From the NCBI GenBank assembly GCA_026413885.1, contig JAOAKA010000001.1, positions 46,088-110,087 on the forward strand: DNA of 64,000 nucleotides. Direction: 5' to 3'. Origin of the DNA: Sulfolobales archaeon (lineage in GTDB: Archaea > Thermoproteota > Thermoprotei_A > Sulfolobales > NBVN01). Below, one piece after another: positions 1 through 9,668 of this stretch. Within the stretch, counting starts at the first letter, position 1; every line of letters starts with the position of its first letter. The position numbers and the translations under genes were made by a program. The notes under the pieces are model-generated. The model was not told the origin of the DNA. It did no database searches and was given only the letters and a program-made list of their open reading frames with translations.

Positions 1-993
1 TATTTCATAGCTCTCTCTATCTTAACCTGTGGAGATACACCAATCTGCTGGAGATTGCCGTCTATAGTGTCTGGAGCCGGGATCTTAGTGGCTCAATACC
101 TACTTCTTAGAGGTATCCTAGGGGGGTACTGGGGCGTCGTCGTATCTGTCTTAACACCGGTTATAACTCTACTCGATAGAACGTTTAGATCTATGACACT
201 TGTAGCTATGCTTGACGCACCTCTAGCTTTTCTCACATTTCTTGCTTGTCTATTTTCTCTATATGGCAGTATTTATAGGTCATCTGCTTTTCTCTCTCTA
301 GCATTCTCAACTAAATTTAATGGAGTTTTCACTATTCCAGCACTCTACTCCAGTTACTCGAAGAGAGTATCTCCAGCACTCACAATTCTACTCCTAGTCT
401 ACACACCTCTAGCAATATTCGTGGTTTTATCGATACCCCTTCTAGTATATAGAGGCGGCTTTCTCCAGTGGTGGTCTGAAGCAGTTGAGGGATCGTTTAG
501 ATGGCACTTAACTACAAAGATAGAGCCCGGCAGGGGACCCCCCACAGCACCTCCATGGGAGTGGCTCGCCGGTATTAACTCATTTATTCTCCGCTATAAA
601 TACGAAGAAGGCGTGGGATTCGTAACTGACTTAGTAGCTTCAGGAAATCCAATACTCTATATAGCTACAGCTGTGTTGAGTATATACGTAATTCCACATC
701 TCAAGAGACTTCCAGATAGAGGTCGTCTATGGGTTTATACCTGGTTAACTTGGTTAATGTATGTTTTTCTCTGGTTCGCCGGCAATAGGAGTCAGTATAG
801 TTTCTATATGATTCAAATAACACCTCTTATCTACTGCACCCTCGGTGTACTAGCATACTATATATCAGAGATAGATAACGCAAAAGAAATCTCGAAAGCC
901 TGGCTAGAGATCTTGAGGAACTTAGTTAGATATTTACGTGGTGAAGCTAGAATTAGAATTAAGATAGAAGTAGAGACTTCGAAAGATCTATAA
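1..993 (+). CDS. Polytopic membrane protein, C-terminal part of a PMT/ArnT-like (GT-C) glycosyltransferase; 5' end lies upstream of the window
   Basis: Frame 1 is open from base 1 (YFIALSILTCGDTPICWR precedes the tracked TTG at 55). It has many hydrophobic helices. The product call is by general resemblance only. Confidence 0.4.
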   Translation, partial: YFIALSILTCGDTPICWRLPSIVSGAGILVAQYLLLRGILGGYWGVVVSVLTPVITLLDRTFRSMTLVAMLDAPLAFLTFLACLFSLYGSIYRSSAFLSLAFSTKFNGVFTIPALYSSYSKRVSPALTILLLVYTPLAIFVVLSIPLLVYRGGFLQWWSEAVEGSFRWHLTTKIEPGRGPPTAPPWEWLAGINSFILRYKYEEGVGFVTDLVASGNPILYIATAVLSIYVIPHLKRLPDRGRLWVYTWLTWLMYVFLWFAGNRSQYSFYMIQITPLIYCTLGVLAYYISEIDNAKEISKAWLEILRNLVRYLRGEARIRIKIEVETSKDL

Positions 994-1125
994 AGCTCTA
1001 CTGAGTAGGCTCTGGGCTTAGAATACCGCACAGTCTTCAGTGGAGTCCGGTTCATCATGGCTCAGATAGGATGCCTCTCCACATCTAGTAGCGTTTAACG
1101 TATTCACATATAGTTAGCTAACTCG

Positions 1126-1133
1126 ATTTAAAG
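1126..1133 (+). promoter_or_regulatory. TATA-box-like element (ATTTAAAG) for sua5
   Basis: The A/T box is centred about 29 nt upstream of ATG 1158. This spacing is typical of leaderless archaeal transcripts. Confidence 0.35.
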
Positions 1134-1157
1134 CTCTCTATACTACATCTCTCTGGG

Positions 1158-2243
1158 ATGTATAGAGCTAGAGTAGTGAAGGTAGATCCGTTAAGACCTA
1201 GTGATAAAGCTATAGAGGAAGCTGCTGGAATCTTACGTAGTGGTGGACTCGTCGCATTTCCAACAGAGACTGTCTACGGCCTCGGAGCTGACGCATTTAA
1301 CTCTGAAGCAGTTCTCAAAGTATTTAAAGTTAAGAGAAGACCTCTAGATAACCCTCTAATAGTTCACGTAAGCTCTCTAGACATGCTCTATCAAGTTGCT
1401 GCAGATATCTCTGAACAGGTAGTTAGAGCTCTCGCTATAGCCTGGCCGGGACCTCTAACAGTAGTACTCAAGAGAAGAGCTGAAGTGCCGGCTGTAGTTA
1501 GTGGCGGTCTAGATACGATAGCTGCTCGCTGCCCGGCTCACCCAGTGGCATTAAAGCTAATTGAAGCTCTCGGAAGACCTATAGCAGCACCGTCAGCTAA
1601 TCTCGCTGGGAGACCTTCACCTACTAGGGCTGAACACGTTATCGAGGACTTAGGAGATGGGGTAGACTTAATCATAGATGCTGAAGAAACATTCTTCGGA
1701 GTTGAGTCTACGGTAGTAGACCTAGTCTCTCCTATACCGCAGATTCTTCGACCAGGACCTATAGGTCCGGAGGAACTGGAAAAAGTCTTCGGATTTCGCT
1801 TTAGCTTAACTCCCTATGCTCGGGGTTTCTCGATGTACACTGGAACTCCACCCTCTCCAGGAATGAAGTATAGACACTACGCCCCCAATAAGAAACTAGT
1901 TCTAGTAGAGAAAGGTCTATGCGATACTTCCACATACCTAGACTTCCTCATCAATACGCTAAAGACGTACTCTAAAGAGTTACTAGCTCTCCTAGCCACT
2001 AGAGAAACGATTGAGGAAGTCAGTAGAAGACTCGGTACCAGCATCATGTATTTAACGCTGGGACCTCGAGAGAATCTATTTGAAATAGCCAGAAACCTAT
2101 ACAGCTCTCTAAGAAACCTAGATAAGCTAGATAGTGTATCCATAGCTTTCTCTGAAGGTGTTGAAGAAAGAGGGGTAGGGTTAGCCATCATGAACAGGTT
2201 GAGAAAAGCATCATCAGAAAGAATAGTATGTGAAGTAGGTTAA
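1158..2243 (+). CDS. sua5: L-threonylcarbamoyladenylate synthase Sua5/TsaC (YrdC domain plus Sua5 C-terminal domain)
   Basis: Motif GGLVAFPTETVYGLGADAF, SANLAGRPSPT, and about 360 aa with the C-terminal Sua5 extension. Confidence 0.9.
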   Translation: MYRARVVKVDPLRPSDKAIEEAAGILRSGGLVAFPTETVYGLGADAFNSEAVLKVFKVKRRPLDNPLIVHVSSLDMLYQVAADISEQVVRALAIAWPGPLTVVLKRRAEVPAVVSGGLDTIAARCPAHPVALKLIEALGRPIAAPSANLAGRPSPTRAEHVIEDLGDGVDLIIDAEETFFGVESTVVDLVSPIPQILRPGPIGPEELEKVFGFRFSLTPYARGFSMYTGTPPSPGMKYRHYAPNKKLVLVEKGLCDTSTYLDFLINTLKTYSKELLALLATRETIEEVSRRLGTSIMYLTLGPRENLFEIARNLYSSLRNLDKLDSVSIAFSEGVEERGVGLAIMNRLRKASSERIVCEVG

Positions 2244-2288
2244 GCTTAAAGATCTCTGTAACTAAGCATACTACCTCACAAGTAAGCT

Positions 2289-2306
2289 ATTATATAACTA
2301 TATATT
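2289..2306 (+). promoter_or_regulatory. TATA-rich promoter region (ATTATATAACTATATATT)
   Basis: Two overlapping TATA-like boxes lie 24-33 nt upstream of ATG 2326. Confidence 0.3.
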
Positions 2307-2325
2307 GTTTCTGGACAACTTTAAC

Positions 2326-3576
2326 ATGGAGTTTAAATTGACTCGCTATAAAAGATATGTCTTACTACCCGACAGATTATTTGATGGTAAGGGGATTTTT
2401 CTAGATAAACCCGCAGTAGTTGTAGAAGGAAAGTACATAGTTGACGTCACTAGTAGAGGCTCTCTTGAAGTGGGGGAGCATTATTCTATTATAGAGTTAA
2501 AGGGTGTTACCTTACTGCCGGGCCTGATAGATGCTCATGTTCACTTCAGTGGTTTAAAGACTTACAACCCGGCGGAAGCCGTAGTCACTCCTTTAGAGCT
2601 TAGAGTTCTGAGAGCTGCTCAAGACTCTCAGAAAGCCCTATACTCGGGATTTACTACTGTGCGAGATTGTGGTGGGACTATCGCTCTATCCCTCAAGAGG
2701 GCTACAGCTGAGGGAACAATAGTAGGGTCACGTATTGTAGCTTCTGGAAGACCCATATGCCAGACTGGAGGGCACTGCGATATACATTACCTCCCACTAG
2801 AGGACGTCGCAAAGAGGGGCAATGCCCTACTATGCGATGGACCTTGGGAGTGTAGAAAAGCCGCTAGAATAGCGTTGAGAGATGGAGCAGACTTCATTAA
2901 GATCATGACATCTGGTGGCGTAGGGTCTGAGAAGGACGATCCCAAACACCCGCAGATGAGTATAGAAGAAGTTAAATCAGTTGTTGAAGAAGCTCACAGA
3001 GTAGGAAAGAAAGTTGCGTCACACGCTCAGGGATCTGAAGGTGTTAAAATAGCTATTCTCGGAGGTGTTGACTCTATAGAACATGGCTACTTCCTAGACG
3101 ATGAATCGATCGAGCTTCTTCTCAAGAAAGGAATATACTATGTACCGACTCTATGTCTTGTAGAAGTCTATAAGAAGATGATGGAGAATCCTCCTCCAGG
3201 AGTTCCTGAGTGGAGACTTAGAAAGCAGGAAGAGTGTATAGAGCACATGCCGAAGAGCTTTATAGCAGCATACAGAGCCGGTGTGAAAATAGCTACTGGT
3301 ACGGACTACTATGGACCCCCTATGAGAGCATTCGGACACCACGCTAACGAACCTATAACCATGGTGAAGTACGGAATGAATCCGGTAGACGCACTCATAG
3401 CGGCAACTAGTAATGCTGCTGAATGTCTAGGGTTAAGCTATGCTGGGTCTATAGAGAAGGGTAAAATAGCTGACTTAGTCGGAGTCATAGGTGACCCGGT
3501 AGCTGATATCAACAGTTTAAAGAATGTCGTATTTGTTATGAAGGAGGGAGTGACTATATCGAGAAAAGTTGACTGA
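2326..3576 (+). CDS. Metal-dependent amidohydrolase family protein (imidazolonepropionase/prolidase-like)
   Basis: Motif LLPGLIDAHVHF plus later H/D ligands (SHAQG, IEHG, GTD). I prefer ATG 2326 over the tracked TTG 2305 because of the TATA spacing. Confidence 0.8.
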   Translation: MEFKLTRYKRYVLLPDRLFDGKGIFLDKPAVVVEGKYIVDVTSRGSLEVGEHYSIIELKGVTLLPGLIDAHVHFSGLKTYNPAEAVVTPLELRVLRAAQDSQKALYSGFTTVRDCGGTIALSLKRATAEGTIVGSRIVASGRPICQTGGHCDIHYLPLEDVAKRGNALLCDGPWECRKAARIALRDGADFIKIMTSGGVGSEKDDPKHPQMSIEEVKSVVEEAHRVGKKVASHAQGSEGVKIAILGGVDSIEHGYFLDDESIELLLKKGIYYVPTLCLVEVYKKMMENPPPGVPEWRLRKQEECIEHMPKSFIAAYRAGVKIATGTDYYGPPMRAFGHHANEPITMVKYGMNPVDALIAATSNAAECLGLSYAGSIEKGKIADLVGVIGDPVADINSLKNVVFVMKEGVTISRKVD

Positions 3577-3934
3577 AATGCCGATAAAGAAGATTATAGC
3601 ACGCAGAGTGACTATTGAAGAAGGAGATTTAGTGCTAGATGGAAGCACTGAAGAAAGCAGGATTTCCTTGTCATCTATACGTAGATTCGGAGTTATGAAG
3701 AGATATAGTAGAGTATTGGTGGTTCTCACTATTGTTATAGCGGTTATCTCCATCTATACTCAAGACTTGTTTCATACGATTCTCACACTAGTAGCACTAG
3801 GGGTTACTCTAGCTACAAGAGAGGAAGTACTGGTTTTAGAGACTGCTAATGGAAGTATTTTAGAGATTAGTACTAGAGATAGAAAGTCTATCAAGAAAGC
3901 AGCTGAGGGTCTAAGCAAGTTACTTACTCACTAA
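3569..3934 (+). CDS. Hypothetical small membrane protein
   Basis: 121-aa ORF overlapping the amidohydrolase stop by 8 nt. It has one or two central hydrophobic helices (VLVVLTIVIAVISIY, ILTLVALGVTLA). Confidence 0.4.
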   Translation: MTEMPIKKIIARRVTIEEGDLVLDGSTEESRISLSSIRRFGVMKRYSRVLVVLTIVIAVISIYTQDLFHTILTLVALGVTLATREEVLVLETANGSILEISTRDRKSIKKAAEGLSKLLTH

Positions 3935-5069
3935 TAATTTCGACATTAGCTCTTGGAATCACTACTTCTCTTCCACTTTGTAAACGAACTTTAACAACTC
4001 TCACCGGAGATTCTGTCTCTATTTTATGTAGTTCTATAGGTAGTTCAGTAACTACACCTATTTCACCGAAGTATGGATATCTTATAATTCTAACAATACT
4101 GCCCGCCTTCATTTTACCCTCACCTAAAGACTCCGGTCTCGAGGTGGAGCCCTCCGTATCTAGTGGAATAATTACTTCAGGTCTTATTACACCAGCTCTA
4201 ACTTGTGTAGCTCCGTTGATTGCGGCTTCTCTACCCTCATTCTCCTCGAAGATCTCGAAAGCTCTTCTAGACATAGGAAGTCTTCCAAAACCTTCAGTGA
4301 GAACTATTGTAAATCCTATATTCTCCCTACCAGTAATAGCTACTCCTATTCTATAGCCTAAAATTCTCTCTAGGTCCGTTATTTTAGCACCTCCAACTAC
4401 AACGCCGGCAACACCTACTTTTCTAGCTTTCTCGAGTGCTTCATAGGTTATGAGAGACCCCCCAACGATTACTTTACCGGCGTGGTGCTCTCTTATATGT
4501 TCTAAATCTACGACATCTTGGTTGTTGGAGGAAACCATCTCTAGTACTCCGTGTTTTTCACCACCGAAGCCTATAATTCCTTGAATAAATGCTGCCGGTG
4601 TTCCTATAGCTACTGATTCTCCGTGAACGACTTTCAGAATTCTTCCTCTAACGTATGCCTTCAGCTCAATCTTACGTGGAGGACTTCTTATAGTTAAGTG
4701 GCCGGTAATTTCATTAAAACTCTCGACAGCGCCTTCAATAGGTGATTCAACAGACTTCTTAATGAGACCTAGAAGAGCTGAATAGCCGGCGAGTATAGTA
4801 CCCTTGGTAACTCTATCTCCTATCTTTACCTTGAGGTACCTAATTACTTCTTCAGGTTCTACCCCCAGAAGTTCCGCTACTTTAACTATATATGGAGGTC
4901 CCTCCAGAAAATATCTTCCAACTATTGTGTCGAAATCTACTTTCTCTCCCTGATCTACTAATATGTCTCCTTTGATAGGTAGAACTCTCTCACGTATAAC
5001 ATATGTGAGAGGGGTGACTGTTAGTCCAGGTGTGTACGCAAAGCTCTCCTCACTCATTTTAGCCACCAC
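3924..5069 (-). CDS. Hypothetical protein with lipoyl-like barrel-sandwich segments; last gene of the GlmL-like operon
   Basis: 381-aa ORF with an 11-nt overlap with the upstream gene. Segments IKGDILVDQGEKVDFDTIVGR and KIGDRVTKGTILAG resemble hybrid-barrel motifs. I recognise no catalytic motif. Confidence 0.6.
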   Translation of the reverse strand: MVAKMSEESFAYTPGLTVTPLTYVIRERVLPIKGDILVDQGEKVDFDTIVGRYFLEGPPYIVKVAELLGVEPEEVIRYLKVKIGDRVTKGTILAGYSALLGLIKKSVESPIEGAVESFNEITGHLTIRSPPRKIELKAYVRGRILKVVHGESVAIGTPAAFIQGIIGFGGEKHGVLEMVSSNNQDVVDLEHIREHHAGKVIVGGSLITYEALEKARKVGVAGVVVGGAKITDLERILGYRIGVAITGRENIGFTIVLTEGFGRLPMSRRAFEIFEENEGREAAINGATQVRAGVIRPEVIIPLDTEGSTSRPESLGEGKMKAGSIVRIIRYPYFGEIGVVTELPIELHKIETESPVRVVKVRLQSGREVVIPRANVEIISE

Positions 5070-6894
5070 CTACTCTATCGAGAAATTCTGCTGGGTATAG
5101 ATCTACGGCTTTAAACCACGAAGTCAACAACCTCTTTTTCTCTCTGTGGTCTTGTGGAATATAGAGAGGTCTACCTCTTCCATCTAATACTACACCGACA
5201 ACACCACCTTTAACTTTTTTTCTAACTCTCTTACCGAAGCCTAACCCGAAGTCAAATTTCTTGGTAGGTTGAATGAATACAACTACCTCCTTGTACTGAG
5301 GTATCTGAATACGTATTAGACTTCCGAAAGTTAGCTCTACATGCTCTCTCTCTTTCTCAGAATACTCTATAGTTACATCTGCTACTTTCTCACCGAGCGA
5401 GCCTATACCTGCCGCTGCTATGAGTGTGCCTAGAGGTATTAAACACTCTTTTTCAAATATTTCAAGAGCTATTTCTCTATGTATTTTAGAGAGTACTCCT
5501 AAGTGGGGTATCATGAACACACTATCCTGCATTATGTAGGTAAAGCCTATCGGCTGGAAAGCGTCTGTGAGTATAGTCATAGATTGAACTCTTCTAGGAG
5601 CTCTAGAGAGAAGACCTCCAGTACCTATAATATAGTCAACTCTCTTCATATCTATATAGGTTTCTTCAGCTTTTACTTCTTCAAATATATCTGAAATAGT
5701 TCTCTCCTTCTTAACTCCCTTGAGTTCTCTTGCTAAATACTTGTGGTGGTTGAAAGCCATTCTAATACTTTCTCTAGCTACAGCATGCTCGACAATAAGG
5801 TCTTCTAGAGACATAGGTATTGTTGTAGGTCTAATCATCTTATTGTAGATTATACCCATAATCTCGTCGTCGGTGAGGTCGAACGGGATCCATCTCTTGA
5901 TGTTCTCGAGAGTAGCCTCTCTCAATACGTTTCCGATGCTGTAACTCATCCCTAAGTTAGCACTCACAGTCCTCAAGAACCTTCCATCAAAGACGGAATA
6001 TACGTTTGTTGTAGCACCACCCATACCTACTCCAATTGCGTTTACTTCCTTCATCTCAGCAAAGGTCCTGATCATTAAGCCTTCAGCAGCCGGTGTCGGC
6101 ATTATATCTGTTGAAACTAGCTTCATCAGTTTTTCGTATCCAGGTGCGTGAGCCATCACATGCTCCATAAACAGCTCCAGTATAGCGTTTCTAGCTGATT
6201 CAACTTTCTCGACTTCTATCTGAGGTCTTATATTATCTACTATTCTTACATCGAAGAAGTCTTCAACTAGAATCTTCTTCACGTCGCTTCTAGCGTCTCT
6301 GTTTCCAGCATAGACTACTGGAAGTCTAAATGATGAACCAAATCTAGGTCTAGGTTTAGCTACAGCTATAACTTCACTCATTTCAAGTACGTGGGTTTTA
6401 TCGCCTCCATCTGTTCCTCCTGCGAGTAAAATCATGTCCGGTCTTAGAAATCTGAGTATATTAATCTTTTCGTGTACCTCTCTACCATCGTCAACCGATA
6501 GAACATCCATTACTATAGCTCCAGCACCTAGAGCAGCTCTTTGAGCACTCTCAGCTGTGATACTCTTAACTACCCCAGCTACAAGCATCTGAAGACCTCC
6601 ACCAGCACTACTCGTTGATACATAAACATCTATACCGACTTTCCCACCTAGATAGGGCATAATGAACTTCAATTCTTCTGTTGAGTCATCCAGTATGTCG
6701 TGTCCAGTGAGTTCCTCAACTTCTCTTACAGCATTTCTTACTCCCTTAGTAACGTCCTCAACTGGTTTTTCAACTGTTGTAGGTGCTTCACCACTAGCTA
6801 AGAACTTCCACTCACCATCTATCTTACCGAAGAAGCGAGCCTTAGTAGTAGTACTACCAACATCAGTCGCAAGGATAAACTTCGGTTCCCTCAT
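5059..6894 (-). CDS. GlmL/MutL-like ASKHA (actin-fold) ATPase with a C-terminal extension
   Basis: The N-terminal phosphate-1 motif ILATDVGSTTTKARFF and later GGTDGGD and IGTGGLL motifs are typical of the glutamate mutase component L family. It is 611 aa, longer than the classic roughly 460 aa. Confidence 0.55.
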   Translation of the reverse strand: MREPKFILATDVGSTTTKARFFGKIDGEWKFLASGEAPTTVEKPVEDVTKGVRNAVREVEELTGHDILDDSTEELKFIMPYLGGKVGIDVYVSTSSAGGGLQMLVAGVVKSITAESAQRAALGAGAIVMDVLSVDDGREVHEKINILRFLRPDMILLAGGTDGGDKTHVLEMSEVIAVAKPRPRFGSSFRLPVVYAGNRDARSDVKKILVEDFFDVRIVDNIRPQIEVEKVESARNAILELFMEHVMAHAPGYEKLMKLVSTDIMPTPAAEGLMIRTFAEMKEVNAIGVGMGGATTNVYSVFDGRFLRTVSANLGMSYSIGNVLREATLENIKRWIPFDLTDDEIMGIIYNKMIRPTTIPMSLEDLIVEHAVARESIRMAFNHHKYLARELKGVKKERTISDIFEEVKAEETYIDMKRVDYIIGTGGLLSRAPRRVQSMTILTDAFQPIGFTYIMQDSVFMIPHLGVLSKIHREIALEIFEKECLIPLGTLIAAAGIGSLGEKVADVTIEYSEKEREHVELTFGSLIRIQIPQYKEVVVFIQPTKKFDFGLGFGKRVRKKVKGGVVGVVLDGRGRPLYIPQDHREKKRLLTSWFKAVDLYPAEFLDRVGGG

Positions 6895-7003
6895 AATGGC
6901 TTACACCCACCACTCGTTAATACTGAAGTATGAGTTATATATTCATCAAATTGATATTAGGTGTTTATTCGCGTAATAGCTACATTGTGGTGATGCCGTA
7001 GGA

Positions 7004-7062
7004 GAAGTCAGTACTGCAGTGGTTCATCAGCTTCAGGCCGCCCGTCGTTCGCATCATCCCGC
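7004..7062 (-). ncRNA. Candidate C/D box sRNA
   Basis: Read on the minus strand: AUGAUGC (7057-7051), 14 nt, CUGA (7036-7033), AG, CUGAUGA (7030-7024), the 12-nt guide ACCACUGCAGUA, then CUGA (7011-7008). It is intergenic and on the same strand as the flanking genes. Confidence 0.4.
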
Positions 7063-7133
7063 ATGAAAAGATGTTGAAAACTAATATATTTACCTTCTCT
7101 AAAAACTAATTTTCTCCTGAAGATCTATCGGCT

Positions 7134-7394
7134 TTACTGACTATATTTCTCAATCTTACTTATTAGTTTCTCGATTTTTTCTGAGTCCTGAAGAACCATA
7201 AGGAAAAGCTCTCCGTGATTTCCAAGTAAGATTAAAAAAGGCTGTAAATATAGTCTCGCAAGCTGAGCCCACACTCGCCCCATGGGACCAAAAGAGTTGA
7301 GCAGAAAAATAGCTATTGTGTCCAATTTCGAATCGACTATCTTTTTCGCCAGTTTGTCTAGTAGTTCTTCTTCCTTACTTAGATTGCTTGACAT
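7134..7394 (-). CDS. Hypothetical 86-aa protein (operon member)
   Basis: The ORF starts 2 nt after the upstream gene stop. It has a charged N- and C-terminus around a hydrophobic core. Confidence 0.5.
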   Translation of the reverse strand: MSSNLSKEEELLDKLAKKIVDSKLDTIAIFLLNSFGPMGRVWAQLARLYLQPFLILLGNHGELFLMVLQDSEKIEKLISKIEKYSQ

Positions 7395-7396
7395 GG

Positions 7397-8125
7397 TTAC
7401 CTCTTTCTCAATATCCCTAAGATAATCGCAGCAGCAGTTAAGACTGCTGCTATAGCGGAAGCTAGAGCCTGCGGCTGTATATATATTAAATACACAGATA
7501 TTAGAAAGCCGACTCTAGTCATTATTGTGTTAGCAAATAGAGCTCCGAAGCCGACCATCATACCGTAAATGCCTATATAGTAAAGACCTCTGTAGACCAA
7601 ATACGTTAGCGAGGGTTTAACACCTTCAGCTTTCTTCGGGAATGTTGTGAAGATGAAGTAAGTTAGGCCTCCCAGAGTTATCAAAACTAGAATCCAGTTA
7701 TTAAGAGTTTTAACTGGGTCGGACCCCCAGAGAGGGACTATCGTAGCTGTAATCTGTCTAACTATGTTAGCTATAGGCACAGTTCTGAGAGCCAGTCCGG
7801 AGCCTACAGCAATATTTACAGCAACAGCATATCTAGCTAGCCAGTAATACTTCTTTGAATACTTAGTGAACATCAATACACCTAATATTGCTGGAATAAC
7901 ATAGTGCCACGAAGCAGACCAGAATGTGTGAGGACTTCTAACTGCTGGTGACACTAATACTCTGTTTAAGCTATCTAGAGCTAGTGCTATCGAATATCCA
8001 GCAGCGGTTCCAACAAACATATGTTCAGCTATCTTGTAGAACACGTTATCTCTATAGACAAAGCTATATATCCATACAACCATAGCAGCACAGAGCCACG
8101 CCCCAATTACATCCCAGCCTATCAC
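7397..8125 (-). CDS. Polytopic membrane protein, module B2
   Basis: 242 aa with about 6 predicted TM helices and a 4-nt overlap with the upstream gene. Its size and topology are similar to the 229-aa protein at 8975-9664. Confidence 0.7.
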   Translation of the reverse strand: MIGWDVIGAWLCAAMVVWIYSFVYRDNVFYKIAEHMFVGTAAGYSIALALDSLNRVLVSPAVRSPHTFWSASWHYVIPAILGVLMFTKYSKKYYWLARYAVAVNIAVGSGLALRTVPIANIVRQITATIVPLWGSDPVKTLNNWILVLITLGGLTYFIFTTFPKKAEGVKPSLTYLVYRGLYYIGIYGMMVGFGALFANTIMTRVGFLISVYLIYIQPQALASAIAAVLTAAAIILGILRKR

Positions 8126-8982
8126 TTCCCACCACCTCTTCTAGACGAGAGTCTCTTACCCCAGTAGAGAATGTTGCCGATGCCAATGAAGGCCACTATC
8201 AACATGTGAGATGTGCTCTGAGCATCCATAGACGCTATACCTAAGCCGAGCCTACCTACTAAAACCTCGTACTCCGCGGCACTTCTCTGTCCAACAAGCA
8301 TTCCAACAGCTTGCTTAGCACCAACAAACGGCTCTATAGATGGAGCTATAACGCTTAGAGCAGCAAATAGAAGAGGTACATTATATGGTGTGTGCCACTG
8401 CCTCACGTAGTAAGCAAATACATCTGTGCCAGAGGATGCTATGACGACTAAGTTGAAGTCTGTGGCTTTATCTACCTCCTTCATTAGCGGGAGGTCCTCT
8501 AATCTATTACCGAAGTTATCTACACTGATAGTTCCCTTGATGCTTCTCGCCAGAGAAGCTGCAGCAGCTTCACCACCAGCGATGTAGCCTAGGTAAACGT
8601 AGTCTCTACCATACACTTTATCTTCGAATAGGTCTGACGCCATAGACCTAAATAGAGAGAATGCTATAACTCCAAAAGCACTGAGAGATCCGTAGACTAT
8701 TTTACAGTTCTTATCGAATAGGTGTTTAGTTAGTGCTATGAGATTTGGTTCTAGTTCCCCTCTTGCCGCAACTTCGTAGTATACCTCTATATAGACATGA
8801 CACTCTTGACGCAGGTTTGTCTCTATGTAGCTATATACATCTCTAGTTCTTTTAGAAACCTCTATCGGTATTCCTAGAGGATGTATAATTGGTAAGATAA
8901 CTGAGAGTAGTAGTAGTGTATACAGGAGTTCTCTAGACCCAAGAATTTTCTCTATGTAGCTTACCCCACTCATACTACTCAC
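8122..8982 (-). CDS. Membrane-anchored protein with a soluble core, module A2
   Basis: 286 aa with an N-terminal TM, a roughly 200-aa soluble region and a C-terminal TM. It has an 8-nt overlap with the upstream gene. Segments align with the 298-aa protein at 9669-10565. Confidence 0.7.
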   Translation of the reverse strand: MSSMSGVSYIEKILGSRELLYTLLLLSVILPIIHPLGIPIEVSKRTRDVYSYIETNLRQECHVYIEVYYEVAARGELEPNLIALTKHLFDKNCKIVYGSLSAFGVIAFSLFRSMASDLFEDKVYGRDYVYLGYIAGGEAAAASLARSIKGTISVDNFGNRLEDLPLMKEVDKATDFNLVVIASSGTDVFAYYVRQWHTPYNVPLLFAALSVIAPSIEPFVGAKQAVGMLVGQRSAAEYEVLVGRLGLGIASMDAQSTSHMLIVAFIGIGNILYWGKRLSSRRGGGK

Positions 8983-9664
8983 GCCTCCCCATCCAGCTCG
9001 TCTCTCTCCATGTCAACAATCTCAGACCTAGTACTACAGTACCTAGTCCAGCACCTATAGTGATCGGTCTGAAAGCAGCTGTATTGGGAACAGTCATAAT
9101 CCAGTCTCTTAGAGGTAGAAAGCCGGGCCACACTACCCCGCCGATAGTAGTGTTTCCAAAGACCACTATCAGTGCTGTAACGAGGAGGAGTAACGCCATT
9201 GGATTTCTTACTCTAAAGGCTCTATATGAAGCAGATGCTATATAGAACACTAAGATAGAATATACTGCGGCATCTGCTGGTGCATAGAGGTTTAGATATA
9301 GCCATCTAAATTGAGGTTGTGTAGTTATAGCAATTCCAGCTGCTGGGTTACTGTAGCTGATATACCAGCCGATTAAAGCAAAGATAACCATAGTTACAAG
9401 CAATCCTATCGAAACTAAGCTAAAGGGCGCCTGCTTTAGACCTTCTTTTCTCACTTTTGTTAAGTGAAATCTTAGTATGTCGATGCCTCCAACAATAAGA
9501 GCGAAGCTCGTGATTATTACCGCCCAATCACTTAAAGCTTTATCAGCAGTACTAAATGCTCCAGCGACATCCCTATTGATGTAGAGATAGTAAAATGCTA
9601 TTGATAGTAGTATTATGATTGTCACAATAATCTGGGGAGTATATCTTCTAGCGACTAAACTCAT
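8975..9664 (-). CDS. Polytopic membrane protein, module B1
   Basis: 229 aa with about 5-6 TM helices. There is a 4-nt gap to the upstream gene. Confidence 0.7.
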   Translation of the reverse strand: MSLVARRYTPQIIVTIIILLSIAFYYLYINRDVAGAFSTADKALSDWAVIITSFALIVGGIDILRFHLTKVRKEGLKQAPFSLVSIGLLVTMVIFALIGWYISYSNPAAGIAITTQPQFRWLYLNLYAPADAAVYSILVFYIASASYRAFRVRNPMALLLLVTALIVVFGNTTIGGVVWPGFLPLRDWIMTVPNTAAFRPITIGAGLGTVVLGLRLLTWRETSWMGRRE

Positions 9665-9668
9665 AACC

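Noticed and set aside
1030-1062. Minus-strand AUGAUGA, 11 nt, CUGA (half of a C/D motif)
   Set aside because: No C' box and no terminal D box follow within the expected 25-35 nt. It also coincides with the ATGATG of a shadow ORF.
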